64,000 nucleotides of DNA, taken from contig CAVXWZ010000002.1 in NCBI GenBank assembly GCA_963765575.1, forward strand, positions 288,001 to 352,000, written 5' to 3'. Of this stretch, positions 10,664 to 19,592 are shown piece after piece (position 1 is the first letter of the stretch; each line of letters begins with the position of its first letter). The notes beneath the pieces were generated by a model that was not told the origin of the DNA, ran no database searches, and was given only the letters and a program-made list of their open reading frames with translations. A program made the position numbers and the translations under genes. This DNA comes from an uncultured cyanobacterium. Lineage in GTDB: Bacteria; Cyanobacteriota; Cyanobacteriia; PCC-6307; Cyanobiaceae.

Positions 10664-11158
10664 GTGGCACGATCCGGCTGGCATCGCCCCCTGGCGCTGG
10701 TGCCGCTCACGCTCGGCCTGATGGCCTTGATGGCCTGCGCCGGTGCTGGCGCGGGGGACCGCGGCCGGGGGGACACCATCGCCAGGGAGCAGACGGGCAG
10801 TGCCGGCAGGGCTGGCTCCACGTCGCCGCGGCTGGGGGAGGCCCTCGACAAGTCCAACGACGAACAGAAGGCCCTCAGCGCCCATCTGCGCGCGCGGGGG
10901 GCGGTGTTCTACGGGGCCTGGTGGTGTCCGGCCTGCTTCCAGCAGAAGAGCCTGTTCGGCAAGCAGGCCGGCAACACCCTCCCCTATGTGGAATGCGACG
11001 AGGAGCCCGGCCGCGCCCGCTGTCAGGCGGCCGAAGTGCGCGCCTTCCCCACCTGGGAGCTGGAGGGCAAGCCGCGCCTGGAAGGCGTCCAGAGCCTGGA
11101 CGAGCTGAAGGCCTGGAGTGGGTTCGAGGCCGGTGGCGCGGCGGCGGCCCAGCCCTGA
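10664..11158 (+). CDS. Thioredoxin-like predicted lipoprotein, similar to the Trx domain of cyanobacterial VKOR/DsbAB
   Basis: Hydrophobic N-terminus ending LMAC; FYGAWWCPAC, LPYVECD, FPTW motifs; start uncertain. Confidence 0.7.
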   Translation: MARSGWHRPLALVPLTLGLMALMACAGAGAGDRGRGDTIAREQTGSAGRAGSTSPRLGEALDKSNDEQKALSAHLRARGAVFYGAWWCPACFQQKSLFGKQAGNTLPYVECDEEPGRARCQAAEVRAFPTWELEGKPRLEGVQSLDELKAWSGFEAGGAAAAQP

Positions 11159-11237
11159 GCGCCAATCCGCCAGTCGGCCTGGTCCCACCGGGCCGATCTG
11201 GGGCAGATTGGAATCTGTCCTTGCGCCAGCTGCGGCA

Positions 11238-11678
11238 ATGCCTGTCCCCCTGATTCGGGGCTCCCTGCTGGGGGGTGTCCTGGGTCTGCTCAGCTTGAGT
11301 GCCAGCAGCGCCCAGGCCCAGACCCTGCTCGATGTGATGGGGGCCGCCGCCATCCAGAACAGCCTGCAAAGCCTGCCTGCCGGGGGCGCCAGCGGCGTGA
11401 TCGAACGCAGCCGCAGCACGGTGGATCAGGCCACCCAGGCCGAGCTGCTGCGCCTGAATCTGCTGCAGCAGCTGGCCGGCAGCGGCAGGGCCCAGGGAGC
11501 ACCGGCCACCCTGAGGACGCCGCTGGTGCCCAGGGTCCAGGCCCCCGGTGCTGCCGGTACGCCTGGCCCCGCCGCCACGCCGGTGATCACGGCCCAGGTG
11601 AATGGCCAGCTCGTGCCCTACTGCTCCCACGGCGGCCTCTGCCATGGGGCCCTGCTGCGGGCCGTCCGCTACCCCTGA
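11238..11678 (+). CDS. Hypothetical secreted protein
   Basis: Signal-peptide-like N-terminus (SAQA), C-terminal CSHGGLCH; GC-rich third codon positions. Confidence 0.55.
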   Translation: MPVPLIRGSLLGGVLGLLSLSASSAQAQTLLDVMGAAAIQNSLQSLPAGGASGVIERSRSTVDQATQAELLRLNLLQQLAGSGRAQGAPATLRTPLVPRVQAPGAAGTPGPAATPVITAQVNGQLVPYCSHGGLCHGALLRAVRYP

Positions 11679-11705
11679 GGCGGCGCGGCAGCGGACCAGG
11701 CCAAA

Positions 11706-11728
11706 TAAAAAGGGCCCTTCCAGGCCCC
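11706..11728 (-). terminator. Intrinsic terminator downstream of the tmRNA coding piece
   Basis: Minus strand GGGGCC-TGGAAG-GGCCC followed by a T run. Confidence 0.65.
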
Positions 11729-12010
11729 ATGGGTCATTTGGGTGATAAGGCTGACCTCACCCCATCTCCCTTAGAGATGTCAGGCGGCCACGGGGGCGGG
11801 CTGACGGGAGAAACGAACGATGTTGTTCGCTGTTACGGGTTTGCTCTCACCGAGCAGGCTTCAGTCACTCTCCTCATGCCCCGTCGAAACCATTGCAGCC
11901 CCCTGATGGGCACCGGCGAAGACCGGGGCGGGGGGAATGGAGCTGAGCGGAATCGAACCGCTGTCCGAAACATTGGTGTAAGCCACCTAGTCCGGCCGAA
12001 ACCGGACTCC
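11729..12010 (-). ncRNA. ssrA: Permuted two-piece tmRNA
   Basis: Minus strand order: acceptor piece ...GGACAGCGGTTCGATTCCGCTCAGCTCCA (ends 11938), intervening segment 11903-11937, then GGGGCTGCAATGGTTTCGAC (from 11902) with tag ANNIVRFSRQPAPVAA* at 11830-11780; outer ends approximate. Confidence 0.95.
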
Positions 12011-12119
12011 TGCATTGTGGCAGCAAGCGTCGGGACAGGCGGGGGTGGGCATCACCGAACCGAGCCAGCGATCCAAGCCACGCAACCCCTTCTCTCCAGC
12101 CAGCAACCACAGCGAGCCG

Positions 12120-13280
12120 ATGAGCGACCTGATCAGCGCAGTGGCGGTGGTGCCACCCGGCCTGGAGCCGCCAGCGGCGGCTGAACTGGAGGCCCTGGGC
12201 TGCCGCGAGGTGATGCCCCGCCGGCGGGCGGTGGTCTTCCGCACGGATCTGGCCGGCTACTGCCGGCTGCACCTGCAGGCCCGCCTGCCCTTTCGGCTGC
12301 TGCGCGAGCTGGCCCGCTTCCCCTGCCGCAGCCGCGAGCAGCTCTACGCCGGCGTCCAGACGAGCATGCAGAGCCTCAGCCACTGGCGGCAGTGGCTGGC
12401 ACCGGAAGCCAGCCTGCGGGTCGATGCCAGCGGCACGGCCCCAGGGCTGAACCACAGCCACTACACCGCCCTGGAGGTGAAGAACGCCCTGGTGGATCTG
12501 CAGCGCCAGCAGTTCGGGCGGCGCTCCTCGGTGGATCTGGAGAATCCCGACCGCAGCTTCCACCTGCACCTGGGTGGCGGCGAGGCCGTGCTCAGCCTCG
12601 ATGGCAGCGGCACAAGCCTGCACCGGCGCGGCTATCGGGCCGCCGTGGGGCTGGCGCCCTTGAAGGAAAATCTGGCCGCCGGCCTGATCGCGCTCACGGG
12701 CTGGGATGGCTCGGTGCCCCTGGCCGATCCCCTCTGCGGCTCGGGCACCCTGCTGATCGAGGCCGCTTGCATGGTGCTGGGCCGCGCCCCGGGGCTGGGC
12801 CGCCACTTCGCCCTGGAGCGCTGGCCCGATGTCACGGCCGACCTCTGGCACCAGGAGCTGGAGGCGGCCCGGGGCCGCCACCGGGATCAGCTCGCCGATG
12901 GCCGCCCCCTGGCTCCCCTGCTGGGCCTGGAGCAGAACCCCGAGGTGCTGGAGCAGGCCCGCCACAACAGCGCCGCCGCAGGGGTGGCGCCCTGGATCAC
13001 CCTGCAGGCCGGCGACTGCCGCGACTTCCAGCCGCCCGCCGAACCCGGGGTGCTGGTGTGCAACCCGCCCTACGGCGAACGCCTCGGCGAGCCGGAGGCC
13101 CTGGAGGCGCTCTACACCGACCTCGGGGCGATGGTGAAGGAGCGCTGCTCCGGCTGGCAACTGTGGCTGCTGAGCGGCAATCCGCAGCTCAGCGGAGCCC
13201 TGCGCATGAAGGCCAGCCGGCGCATTCCGGTGAGCAACGGCGGCATCGACTGCCGCTGGCTGCTCTACGAGGTGCGCTGA
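12120..13280 (+). CDS. THUMP-domain rRNA methyltransferase (RlmL-like)
   Basis: SLHRRGYR, APLKENLAAG, DPLCGSGT, NPPYGER motifs. Confidence 0.92.
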   Translation: MSDLISAVAVVPPGLEPPAAAELEALGCREVMPRRRAVVFRTDLAGYCRLHLQARLPFRLLRELARFPCRSREQLYAGVQTSMQSLSHWRQWLAPEASLRVDASGTAPGLNHSHYTALEVKNALVDLQRQQFGRRSSVDLENPDRSFHLHLGGGEAVLSLDGSGTSLHRRGYRAAVGLAPLKENLAAGLIALTGWDGSVPLADPLCGSGTLLIEAACMVLGRAPGLGRHFALERWPDVTADLWHQELEAARGRHRDQLADGRPLAPLLGLEQNPEVLEQARHNSAAAGVAPWITLQAGDCRDFQPPAEPGVLVCNPPYGERLGEPEALEALYTDLGAMVKERCSGWQLWLLSGNPQLSGALRMKASRRIPVSNGGIDCRWLLYEVR

Positions 13281-13283
13281 AGC

Positions 13284-13694
13284 TCAGCGGCCCAGCAGGG
13301 TGCGGGTGGTCTTGGTGATACCGGCGGTGGTCTCGGGCAGGTAGGGGCCCTTGGTGAGCTGGCCGCCGATGCGCAGGAACAGGCCCGCCAGCACCAGGTT
13401 GAGGGCCGCCAGGGCCAGGGCGCTCTGGATCCAGCTCCAGCCCATGCCCCCGGGCAGCCAGAGCAACAGGGCCACCTCGGCGGCGATCAGGGCCAGCAGC
13501 AGCAGCACCAGACCACCGCTGAGCAGCAGGGCGCCACTGATCAGTCGCCGCTTCTCCCGGTCGGCCTCCTGCAGCGCGATGCGCACATGCAGGTCCATCA
13601 CCGAGGTGACCAGGGAGCCCATCTTCCCCATGGCGCCCCGGGGCTTGTTATCGCCACCGCGGCCGTGCTCGCCTCTTCCCGCCACCGCGCTCAT
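13284..13694 (-). CDS. YqjE-like / 'phage holin family' small membrane protein
   Basis: Two TM segments after DLHVRIALQEADREKRR; overlaps the upstream YqjD-like gene. Confidence 0.75.
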   Translation of the reverse strand: MSAVAGRGEHGRGGDNKPRGAMGKMGSLVTSVMDLHVRIALQEADREKRRLISGALLLSGGLVLLLLALIAAEVALLLWLPGGMGWSWIQSALALAALNLVLAGLFLRIGGQLTKGPYLPETTAGITKTTRTLLGR

Positions 13695-14227
13695 GCCGAC
13701 CGCCGGCCCGAAGCCAGCACCAGACCAATCACCACACCCACACCGGCGGCAATGCCGATGGCCATCAGCGGCCGCTCACGCACCGGCTTCTCGATGCGGG
13801 GCCGCAGGGTGGCGTTGAGCTCATCGAGCAACCCCTCCAGCTGCTGCTCCAGGGGTTCGAGCGACTCCGCCAGGCGATGGGTCTGGTCCCCCGCCACGTC
13901 GGCCAGCTCCAGCAGCTGGCGGCGCACCACGGTGGCGGTGCGGCCGCTCTGCTCGGCGATCACATGGGTGACGTCGTCAAAACTGCCGCGGGTGGCCTCG
14001 AGGGTGTGGCGTGCCACCTCCGGCCAGCGCCGCTGGATCCGGGGCAGGAGGGTCTCGAACCGCTCCCGAAAGCCCTCGGCCAGGGCCTGGGCCGCCCAGC
14101 CATCAGACCTCGATGCCGATGGCTCTGCACCAGGCGCAGGGCCATCGGCTGGGCCGTCGGGGAGGCCAGAGCCAGTGGTGGGGTGGTCGCTGCTGCTGGT
14201 CTCGTTGGCGCTGGGGTCGCTGGTCAT
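13691..14227 (-). CDS. YqjD/DUF883-like tail-anchored protein
   Basis: C-terminal VRERPLMAIGIAAGVGVVIGLVL...RR anchor; start MTSDPS inferred. Confidence 0.75.
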   Translation of the reverse strand: MTSDPSANETSSSDHPTTGSGLPDGPADGPAPGAEPSASRSDGWAAQALAEGFRERFETLLPRIQRRWPEVARHTLEATRGSFDDVTHVIAEQSGRTATVVRRQLLELADVAGDQTHRLAESLEPLEQQLEGLLDELNATLRPRIEKPVRERPLMAIGIAAGVGVVIGLVLASGRRSA

Positions 14228-14397
14228 AGGGGAGTCGCAGGCCGGTCGATCAGAGGGCGTATGGGCCCGGTGGGCGGATGGGCCCGGAGGGCGGATGGTT
14301 GGCTGCCCGTTTGGCGGGCGGCCTGTTTTCAAACTAGGCAGGGGCTTGAGCTTGCGAAACCCTCCGCTACATTTCGGCTGCTCGGCGCCCGGGCCTG

Positions 14398-17300
14398 TTG
14401 GTTCTCATCAATCAGGTCGAGCTGCATCAGTTCAAGTCGTTCGGCGGATCGCTGTCGATTCCGCTGGACAACGGCTTCACGGTGGTCACCGGCCCGAACG
14501 GGTCCGGCAAGAGCAACATCCTCGATGCGGTGCTGTTCTGCCTGGGCCTGGCCAGCAGCCGCGGCATGCGCGCCGAACGGCTGCCGGACCTGATCAACAG
14601 CTCCATGGTGCGGGCCGGTCGGGCGGCCGAAACCGTGGTCAGCGTGCGCTTCGATCTGCACGACTGGCAGCCCGATGAGGCCGAAGCCGGCCTGGATCCA
14701 GCGGAGGACGGCCCCTGGATCCGTCCGGGCCAGAAGCAATGGACCGTGAGCCGGCGGCTGCGGGTGGCGCCGGGCGGCACCTACGCCAGCAGCTACAGCG
14801 CCGACGGCGTGCCCTGCAACCTGCAGCAGCTGCAGACCCAGCTGCGCCGCCTGCGGGTGGACCCGGAGGGCAGCAACGTGGTGATGCAGGGCGATGTCAC
14901 CCGCATCGTCTCGATGGGTGCCCGCGACCGGCGCACGATCATCGATGAGCTGGCCGGGGTGGCCCTGTTCGACAGCCGCATCGAGCAGAGCCGCGCCAAA
15001 CTCGAGGAGGTGCAGGAACGCCAGGAGCGCTGCGGCATCGTCCAGCAGGAGCTGCTGGCCGCCCGCCAGAAGCTGGAGCGCGACTGCGCCAAGGCCCGCA
15101 CCTATCAGGAGTTGCGCGCCCGCCTGCAGGCGGGCCGACGGCAGGAACAGCTGCTCGGTTTTGAGGCCGCCCGCGCGGCGGTGGAGCAGCTGGAACGCCG
15201 CCGGCACGACCTGCAGAGCCGCGAGCACAGCGAGCGGGAGGCGATCAGCGCCGCCGAAGCGGCCGTCGCCGCCGCCGCCTGCGCCCTCGAGGAGCTCCAG
15301 GCGGAGGTGAAGGCCCTCGGGGAAGATCAGCTGCTGGCTGTGCAGGCGGAGCTGGCGGGCCTGGAGGCCGGCGGCCGGGAGCTGGCCCGGCAGGCCGAAC
15401 GGCACCAGCAGCAGGCGGAGAGCCTGCAGCGCCAGCGCCAGGACCTGGGCACGCGCCAGGCGGAGCTGCGCCGCCAGCAGCAGGAGCTGGAGGCCAGCGA
15501 CGACACGGCCGAGCTGGAGGCCGCTGAAGCGGCCTGCCGCGGGGCCGAAGCGGCTGTGGAGCTCTCGCGCCGCCGGCTCGGCGAAGTGGCCGGCCGCTCC
15601 GGCAGCTGGCTGGAGGAGCAGAAACGCCGCAGCCAGGAGCGCCAGGGGCTGGGAGAGCGGATCAGCCCCCTGGAGGCCGAAGGCCAGCAACTGCGCGAGC
15701 GCTGCCGCCAACACGACAGCCGCTGCGCCGAGCTCGACGCCGAGCAGCGCCAGGAGGCTGAGGCCCTGGAGCAGGCGCAGGCCCAGCTGGAGGCCCTCGA
15801 CCTGGAGCTGCGGCAGCGCGGCCAGCGCCGCAGCGGCGGCGAGGGTGAGATCCAGGCGCTGGCCGAAGCCCTGGCCCTGCAGCAGCGCACCCGCAGCCGG
15901 CTGGAGCAGGAGCAAGCTCAGCTGGAGAAGGAGATCGCCCGTCTCGACAGCCGCCGCGACACCCTGCAGGAAAGCCGCGGCACCGGCGCCCTGCGGGTGC
16001 TTCTGGAGGCCGGACTGGCCGGCATCCACGGGCCGGTGGCCCAGCTGGGCGAGGTGCAGGAGCGCTATCGCCTGGCGCTGGAGGTGGCCGCCGGCGCCCG
16101 CCTGGCCCAGGTGGTGGTGGACGACGACAGCATCGCCGCCCGGGCGATCGACGTGCTGCGCCAGCGCCGCGCTGGCCGGCTCACCTTCCTGCCGCTCAAC
16201 AAGATCCGCGGCGGCTCGGGCTCAAGCGCTGCCGCCGCCCTGCAGCGGGGCGGCCCGGCGGCCGGCGGTGCCGGACTGGTGGGCCGGGCCCTCGATCTGG
16301 TGGGGCACGAGCCCGTCTACGCCGAAGTGTTCCGCTACGTGTTCGGCGACACGCTGGTGTTCAGCGACCTGGCGAGCGCCCGCCGGGAACTCGGTCGCTG
16401 CCGGGCGGTGACCCTCGACGGCGAACTGCTGGAGCGCAGCGGTGCCATGACCGGCGGCAGCCTGCAGCAGCGCTCCGGCCAGCTGGGCTTCGGCCGTGGC
16501 CCGGAGGGTGATGAGGCCGCGCCCCTGCGGCGACGGCTGCTGGAGGTGGGCGAGAGCCTGGTGGCCTGCCGCCGCCGGGAAGCGGAGCTGGCCGGCCAGC
16601 TGGACAGCCTGCGCCCCGAACTCACCGCTCTCCAGCAGCGCCAGGCGGCACTGGAGGCGGAGTGCGGCAGCGCCCGGCGCGCCCTCGCCCCGCGCTTGCA
16701 GCACCAGCAGCAGCGCGGCCAGCGGCTGCAGCAGCTGCAGGCGGCCCTGGACGCCGATCGGCTGCGCCTGCAGGCGCTGGAAGGGGAGCTGGAGCCACTG
16801 CAGCGGCAACTGCAGGCACTGCAGCTGGCGGAGGCCCAGGCTGACGGCGGTGATGACGCCGCCCGCTGGGGTGGCCTGCAGCGGGACCTGGAAGCCGCCG
16901 ACCAGGAGCTGGGGGCGGCGCGCCTGCAACGCGACCGCTTGCTGGCCGCCCGCCGCGAGCGGGCCCTGGCCGTCGAGCGCTTGCACCAGCAGTTCGAGGC
17001 TCTGGCCGCCGAGGAACAGCGGCTGGTGGGCGCGGTGCAGGCCCTGGTGGAGGAGCGCCAGCAGTGGAAGGACCGCCAGCAGGCGGAGCAGCAGCAGCGC
17101 CAGGACCTGGAAGGGCGGCAGAGCGAGCTGCAGACCCGCTTCGGCGAGCGGCGGCGGGCCCGGGATGCGGCCGAGGCCGCGGTGGCCACCCAGCGTCAGC
17201 AGCTGCAGCAGCGGCAGTGGGAGCTGCAGCGGCTCGGGCAGGAGCTGCAGTCGCTGCTGGAGCAGCGACGCAGCGAGACCCTGCGCCTGGAGCAGCTGCA

Positions 17301-18000
17301 GCGGGAGCTGCCCAACCCCCTGCCCGAGGTTCCCGCAGAGGTGCGGGCAGCGGGGCTGGAGGCCCTGCAGGCCGAGCTGCGCAGCCTGCAGGGCCGCATG
17401 GAGGCGCTGGAGCCGGTGAACATGCTGGCCCTGGAGGAACTGGAGCAGCTCGAAGGGCGCCTGGCCGACCTGGAGCAGCGCCTGGCGGTCCTCAGCCAGG
17501 AGCGGGAGGAGCTGCTGCTGCGCATCGAAACCGTGGCCACCCTGCGTCAGGAGGCCTTCATGGAGGCCTTCAACGCGGTGGATGGCCATTTCCGCACGAT
17601 CTTCGCCGAGCTCTCCGAAGGCGAGGGCTATCTGCAGCTGGAGGATCCCGAGGCGCCCCTGGAGGGAGGACTCACCCTGGTGGCCCATCCCAAGGGCAAG
17701 GCGGTGCGGCGGCTGAACGCCATGAGCGGCGGCGAGAAGTCGCTCACGGCCCTGAGCTTCCTGTTCGCGCTGCAGCGCTTCCGCCCTTCCCCCTTCTATG
17801 CCTTCGATGAGGTGGACAGCTTCCTCGACGGGGTCAACGTGGAACGCCTGGCCGGACTGATCGCCCGCCAGGCCGAGCAGGCCCAGTTCATGGTGGTGAG
17901 CCACCGGCGGCCGATGATCGCCGCGGCCACCCGCACCATCGGCGTCACCCAGGCCCGCGGCGCCCACACGCAGGTGGTGGGTTTACCGCCAGCCGCATAA
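14398..18000 (+). CDS. smc: Chromosome segregation protein SMC
   Basis: FKSF, GPNGSGKSN, coiled coils, hinge GRLTFLPLNK/SGAMTGGS, MSGGEKS, FDEVDSFLD. Confidence 0.98.
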   Translation: MVLINQVELHQFKSFGGSLSIPLDNGFTVVTGPNGSGKSNILDAVLFCLGLASSRGMRAERLPDLINSSMVRAGRAAETVVSVRFDLHDWQPDEAEAGLDPAEDGPWIRPGQKQWTVSRRLRVAPGGTYASSYSADGVPCNLQQLQTQLRRLRVDPEGSNVVMQGDVTRIVSMGARDRRTIIDELAGVALFDSRIEQSRAKLEEVQERQERCGIVQQELLAARQKLERDCAKARTYQELRARLQAGRRQEQLLGFEAARAAVEQLERRRHDLQSREHSEREAISAAEAAVAAAACALEELQAEVKALGEDQLLAVQAELAGLEAGGRELARQAERHQQQAESLQRQRQDLGTRQAELRRQQQELEASDDTAELEAAEAACRGAEAAVELSRRRLGEVAGRSGSWLEEQKRRSQERQGLGERISPLEAEGQQLRERCRQHDSRCAELDAEQRQEAEALEQAQAQLEALDLELRQRGQRRSGGEGEIQALAEALALQQRTRSRLEQEQAQLEKEIARLDSRRDTLQESRGTGALRVLLEAGLAGIHGPVAQLGEVQERYRLALEVAAGARLAQVVVDDDSIAARAIDVLRQRRAGRLTFLPLNKIRGGSGSSAAAALQRGGPAAGGAGLVGRALDLVGHEPVYAEVFRYVFGDTLVFSDLASARRELGRCRAVTLDGELLERSGAMTGGSLQQRSGQLGFGRGPEGDEAAPLRRRLLEVGESLVACRRREAELAGQLDSLRPELTALQQRQAALEAECGSARRALAPRLQHQQQRGQRLQQLQAALDADRLRLQALEGELEPLQRQLQALQLAEAQADGGDDAARWGGLQRDLEAADQELGAARLQRDRLLAARRERALAVERLHQQFEALAAEEQRLVGAVQALVEERQQWKDRQQAEQQQRQDLEGRQSELQTRFGERRRARDAAEAAVATQRQQLQQRQWELQRLGQELQSLLEQRRSETLRLEQLQRELPNPLPEVPAEVRAAGLEALQAELRSLQGRMEALEPVNMLALEELEQLEGRLADLEQRLAVLSQEREELLLRIETVATLRQEAFMEAFNAVDGHFRTIFAELSEGEGYLQLEDPEAPLEGGLTLVAHPKGKAVRRLNAMSGGEKSLTALSFLFALQRFRPSPFYAFDEVDSFLDGVNVERLAGLIARQAEQAQFMVVSHRRPMIAAATRTIGVTQARGAHTQVVGLPPAA

Positions 18001-18027
18001 CCAATGGCTCTGGGGGAGAATGCGCCC

Positions 18028-19050
18028 ATGACCAGCACACCGCCCGGGGGCGATCGGCTCGCCCCGTCCAGTGATCCCCTGGCCGATCCCCCCAGCGACA
18101 GGCTCTGGCTGCGCTCCGAGCTGATGGGCACCCAGGTGATCACCCGCGACAGCGGTCGCCGCCTCGGCGTGGTGGGTGAAGTGGTGGTGGACATCGACCG
18201 CCGCGAAGTGGTGGCCCTGGGGCTGCGCGACAACCCGCTCACCCGCTTCCTGCCGGGCCTGCCCCGCTGGATGACACTCGACCGCATCCGCCAGGTGGGC
18301 GATGTGATCCTGGTGGACGCGGTCGATTCGCTGGCGGAGGGCTTCAACCCGGAGCGCTACAGCAAGGTGATCAACTGCCAGGTGGTCACCGAGGCGGGGG
18401 AGCAGCTGGGCAAGGTGCTCGGCTTCAGCTTCGACATCGAAACCGGTGAGCTCACCACCCTGGTGCTGGGCGCCCTGGGGGTGCCCCTGCTGGGTGAGGG
18501 CGTGCTCAGCACCTGGGAGCTGCCGGTGCAGGAAATCGTGAGCAGCGGCAGCGACCGGATCATTGTCTACGAGGGAGCTGAGGACAAGCTCAAGCAGCTG
18601 GGCAGCGGCCTGCTCGAGAAACTCGGCATCGGTGGCCCCAGCTGGGAGCAGGAGGAGCGCCAGCGCTACCGCGGTGCGATGGTGCCGGTGGAGAACCAGC
18701 TGGCCGCTGGCTTGCCCGCAGCCCAGGAGCAGCGCCGCATCCAGCCCGCCAGCGCCCGCGCCTTCGAGACCGAAGACGACTACGACTACGTCGAAGTGGC
18801 GGAGCGCCGCGAGCGCGAGCCGTTGCGCCAGCGCCGCTACCTCGACGAGGACGAGGAGCCCCGCGGGCGACCGCCCCGGGATCTGGACGAGCCCGAACCC
18901 CGGCGGCCGCGGCCACCGCAGCGTCGCCCGGCCGAGCGCGACTCAGGAGGAGAGCCGGGGCTGGAGCGCCCCCTGCGCCGCCGGCCGCCGGCACCGGCGA
19001 ACCGGGAGCCGCTGGATGTGGAGGCCGACGACCTGGCTGATCCCTGGTGA
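18028..19050 (+). CDS. PRC-barrel domain protein with low-complexity C-terminal tail
   Basis: Two PRC-like repeats (ELMGTQVITRDSGRRLGVV; VINCQVVTEAGEQLGKV); start could be 18004. Confidence 0.85.
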   Translation: MTSTPPGGDRLAPSSDPLADPPSDRLWLRSELMGTQVITRDSGRRLGVVGEVVVDIDRREVVALGLRDNPLTRFLPGLPRWMTLDRIRQVGDVILVDAVDSLAEGFNPERYSKVINCQVVTEAGEQLGKVLGFSFDIETGELTTLVLGALGVPLLGEGVLSTWELPVQEIVSSGSDRIIVYEGAEDKLKQLGSGLLEKLGIGGPSWEQEERQRYRGAMVPVENQLAAGLPAAQEQRRIQPASARAFETEDDYDYVEVAERREREPLRQRRYLDEDEEPRGRPPRDLDEPEPRRPRPPQRRPAERDSGGEPGLERPLRRRPPAPANREPLDVEADDLADPW

Positions 19051-19092
19051 CGAGGCGGCCACCAGGGCCGTAGACACCTGGGCCCGGCAGGC

Positions 19093-19563
19093 TCAGCCAG
19101 CCTTGAACTCCAGCGAAGCCGAGTTGACGCAGTAGCGCTGGCCGCTGGGGGCGGGCCCATCCCCGAACACATGGCCCAGGTGCGCTTCGCAGCTGGCGCA
19201 GCGGATCTCGGTGCGCACCATGCCGTGGCTGCTGTCCGTCAGGGTGGTGATCGCCTTGGCATCGACGCCGTCCCAGAAGCTGGGCCAACCGGTGCCGGAC
19301 TCGAACTTGGTGGTGCTGCTGAACAGGGGCGCGTCGCAGCACACGCAGTGGTAGGTGCCGCCGGCCTTGTGGTTCCAGTACTGGCCGCTGAAGGCCCGCT
19401 CCGTGCCGCCCTGGCGGGTGATGCGGAACTGCTCGGGGCTGAGCTTCTGGCGCCACACCTCCTCGCGGGCGTCGCGGCTGAGGCCGCTGTCGAGACCGCA
19501 GGCCGTGGCTGTGTTGGACGGGGCTGTGTTGGGCGGGGCGGGGTTGGGCGCGGACTCGGGCAT
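19093..19563 (-). CDS. msrB: Peptide-methionine (R)-S-oxide reductase MsrB
   Basis: GTERAF, CVCC, SGTGWPSF, HLGHVF.DGP, RYCVNS. Confidence 0.96.
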   Translation of the reverse strand: MPESAPNPAPPNTAPSNTATACGLDSGLSRDAREEVWRQKLSPEQFRITRQGGTERAFSGQYWNHKAGGTYHCVCCDAPLFSSTTKFESGTGWPSFWDGVDAKAITTLTDSSHGMVRTEIRCASCEAHLGHVFGDGPAPSGQRYCVNSASLEFKAG

Positions 19564-19592
19564 GGAGGGGGGGTCGCTTGGCTGTTCAGACC

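Noticed and set aside
13284..13694. 'Phage holin family' protein as a prophage signal
   Set aside because: It is paired with a YqjD-like gene among core genes, with no phage context.
15000..17500. CAG/GAG/CTG-rich periodic sequence
   Set aside because: Explained by SMC coiled-coil codons, not a DNA repeat element.
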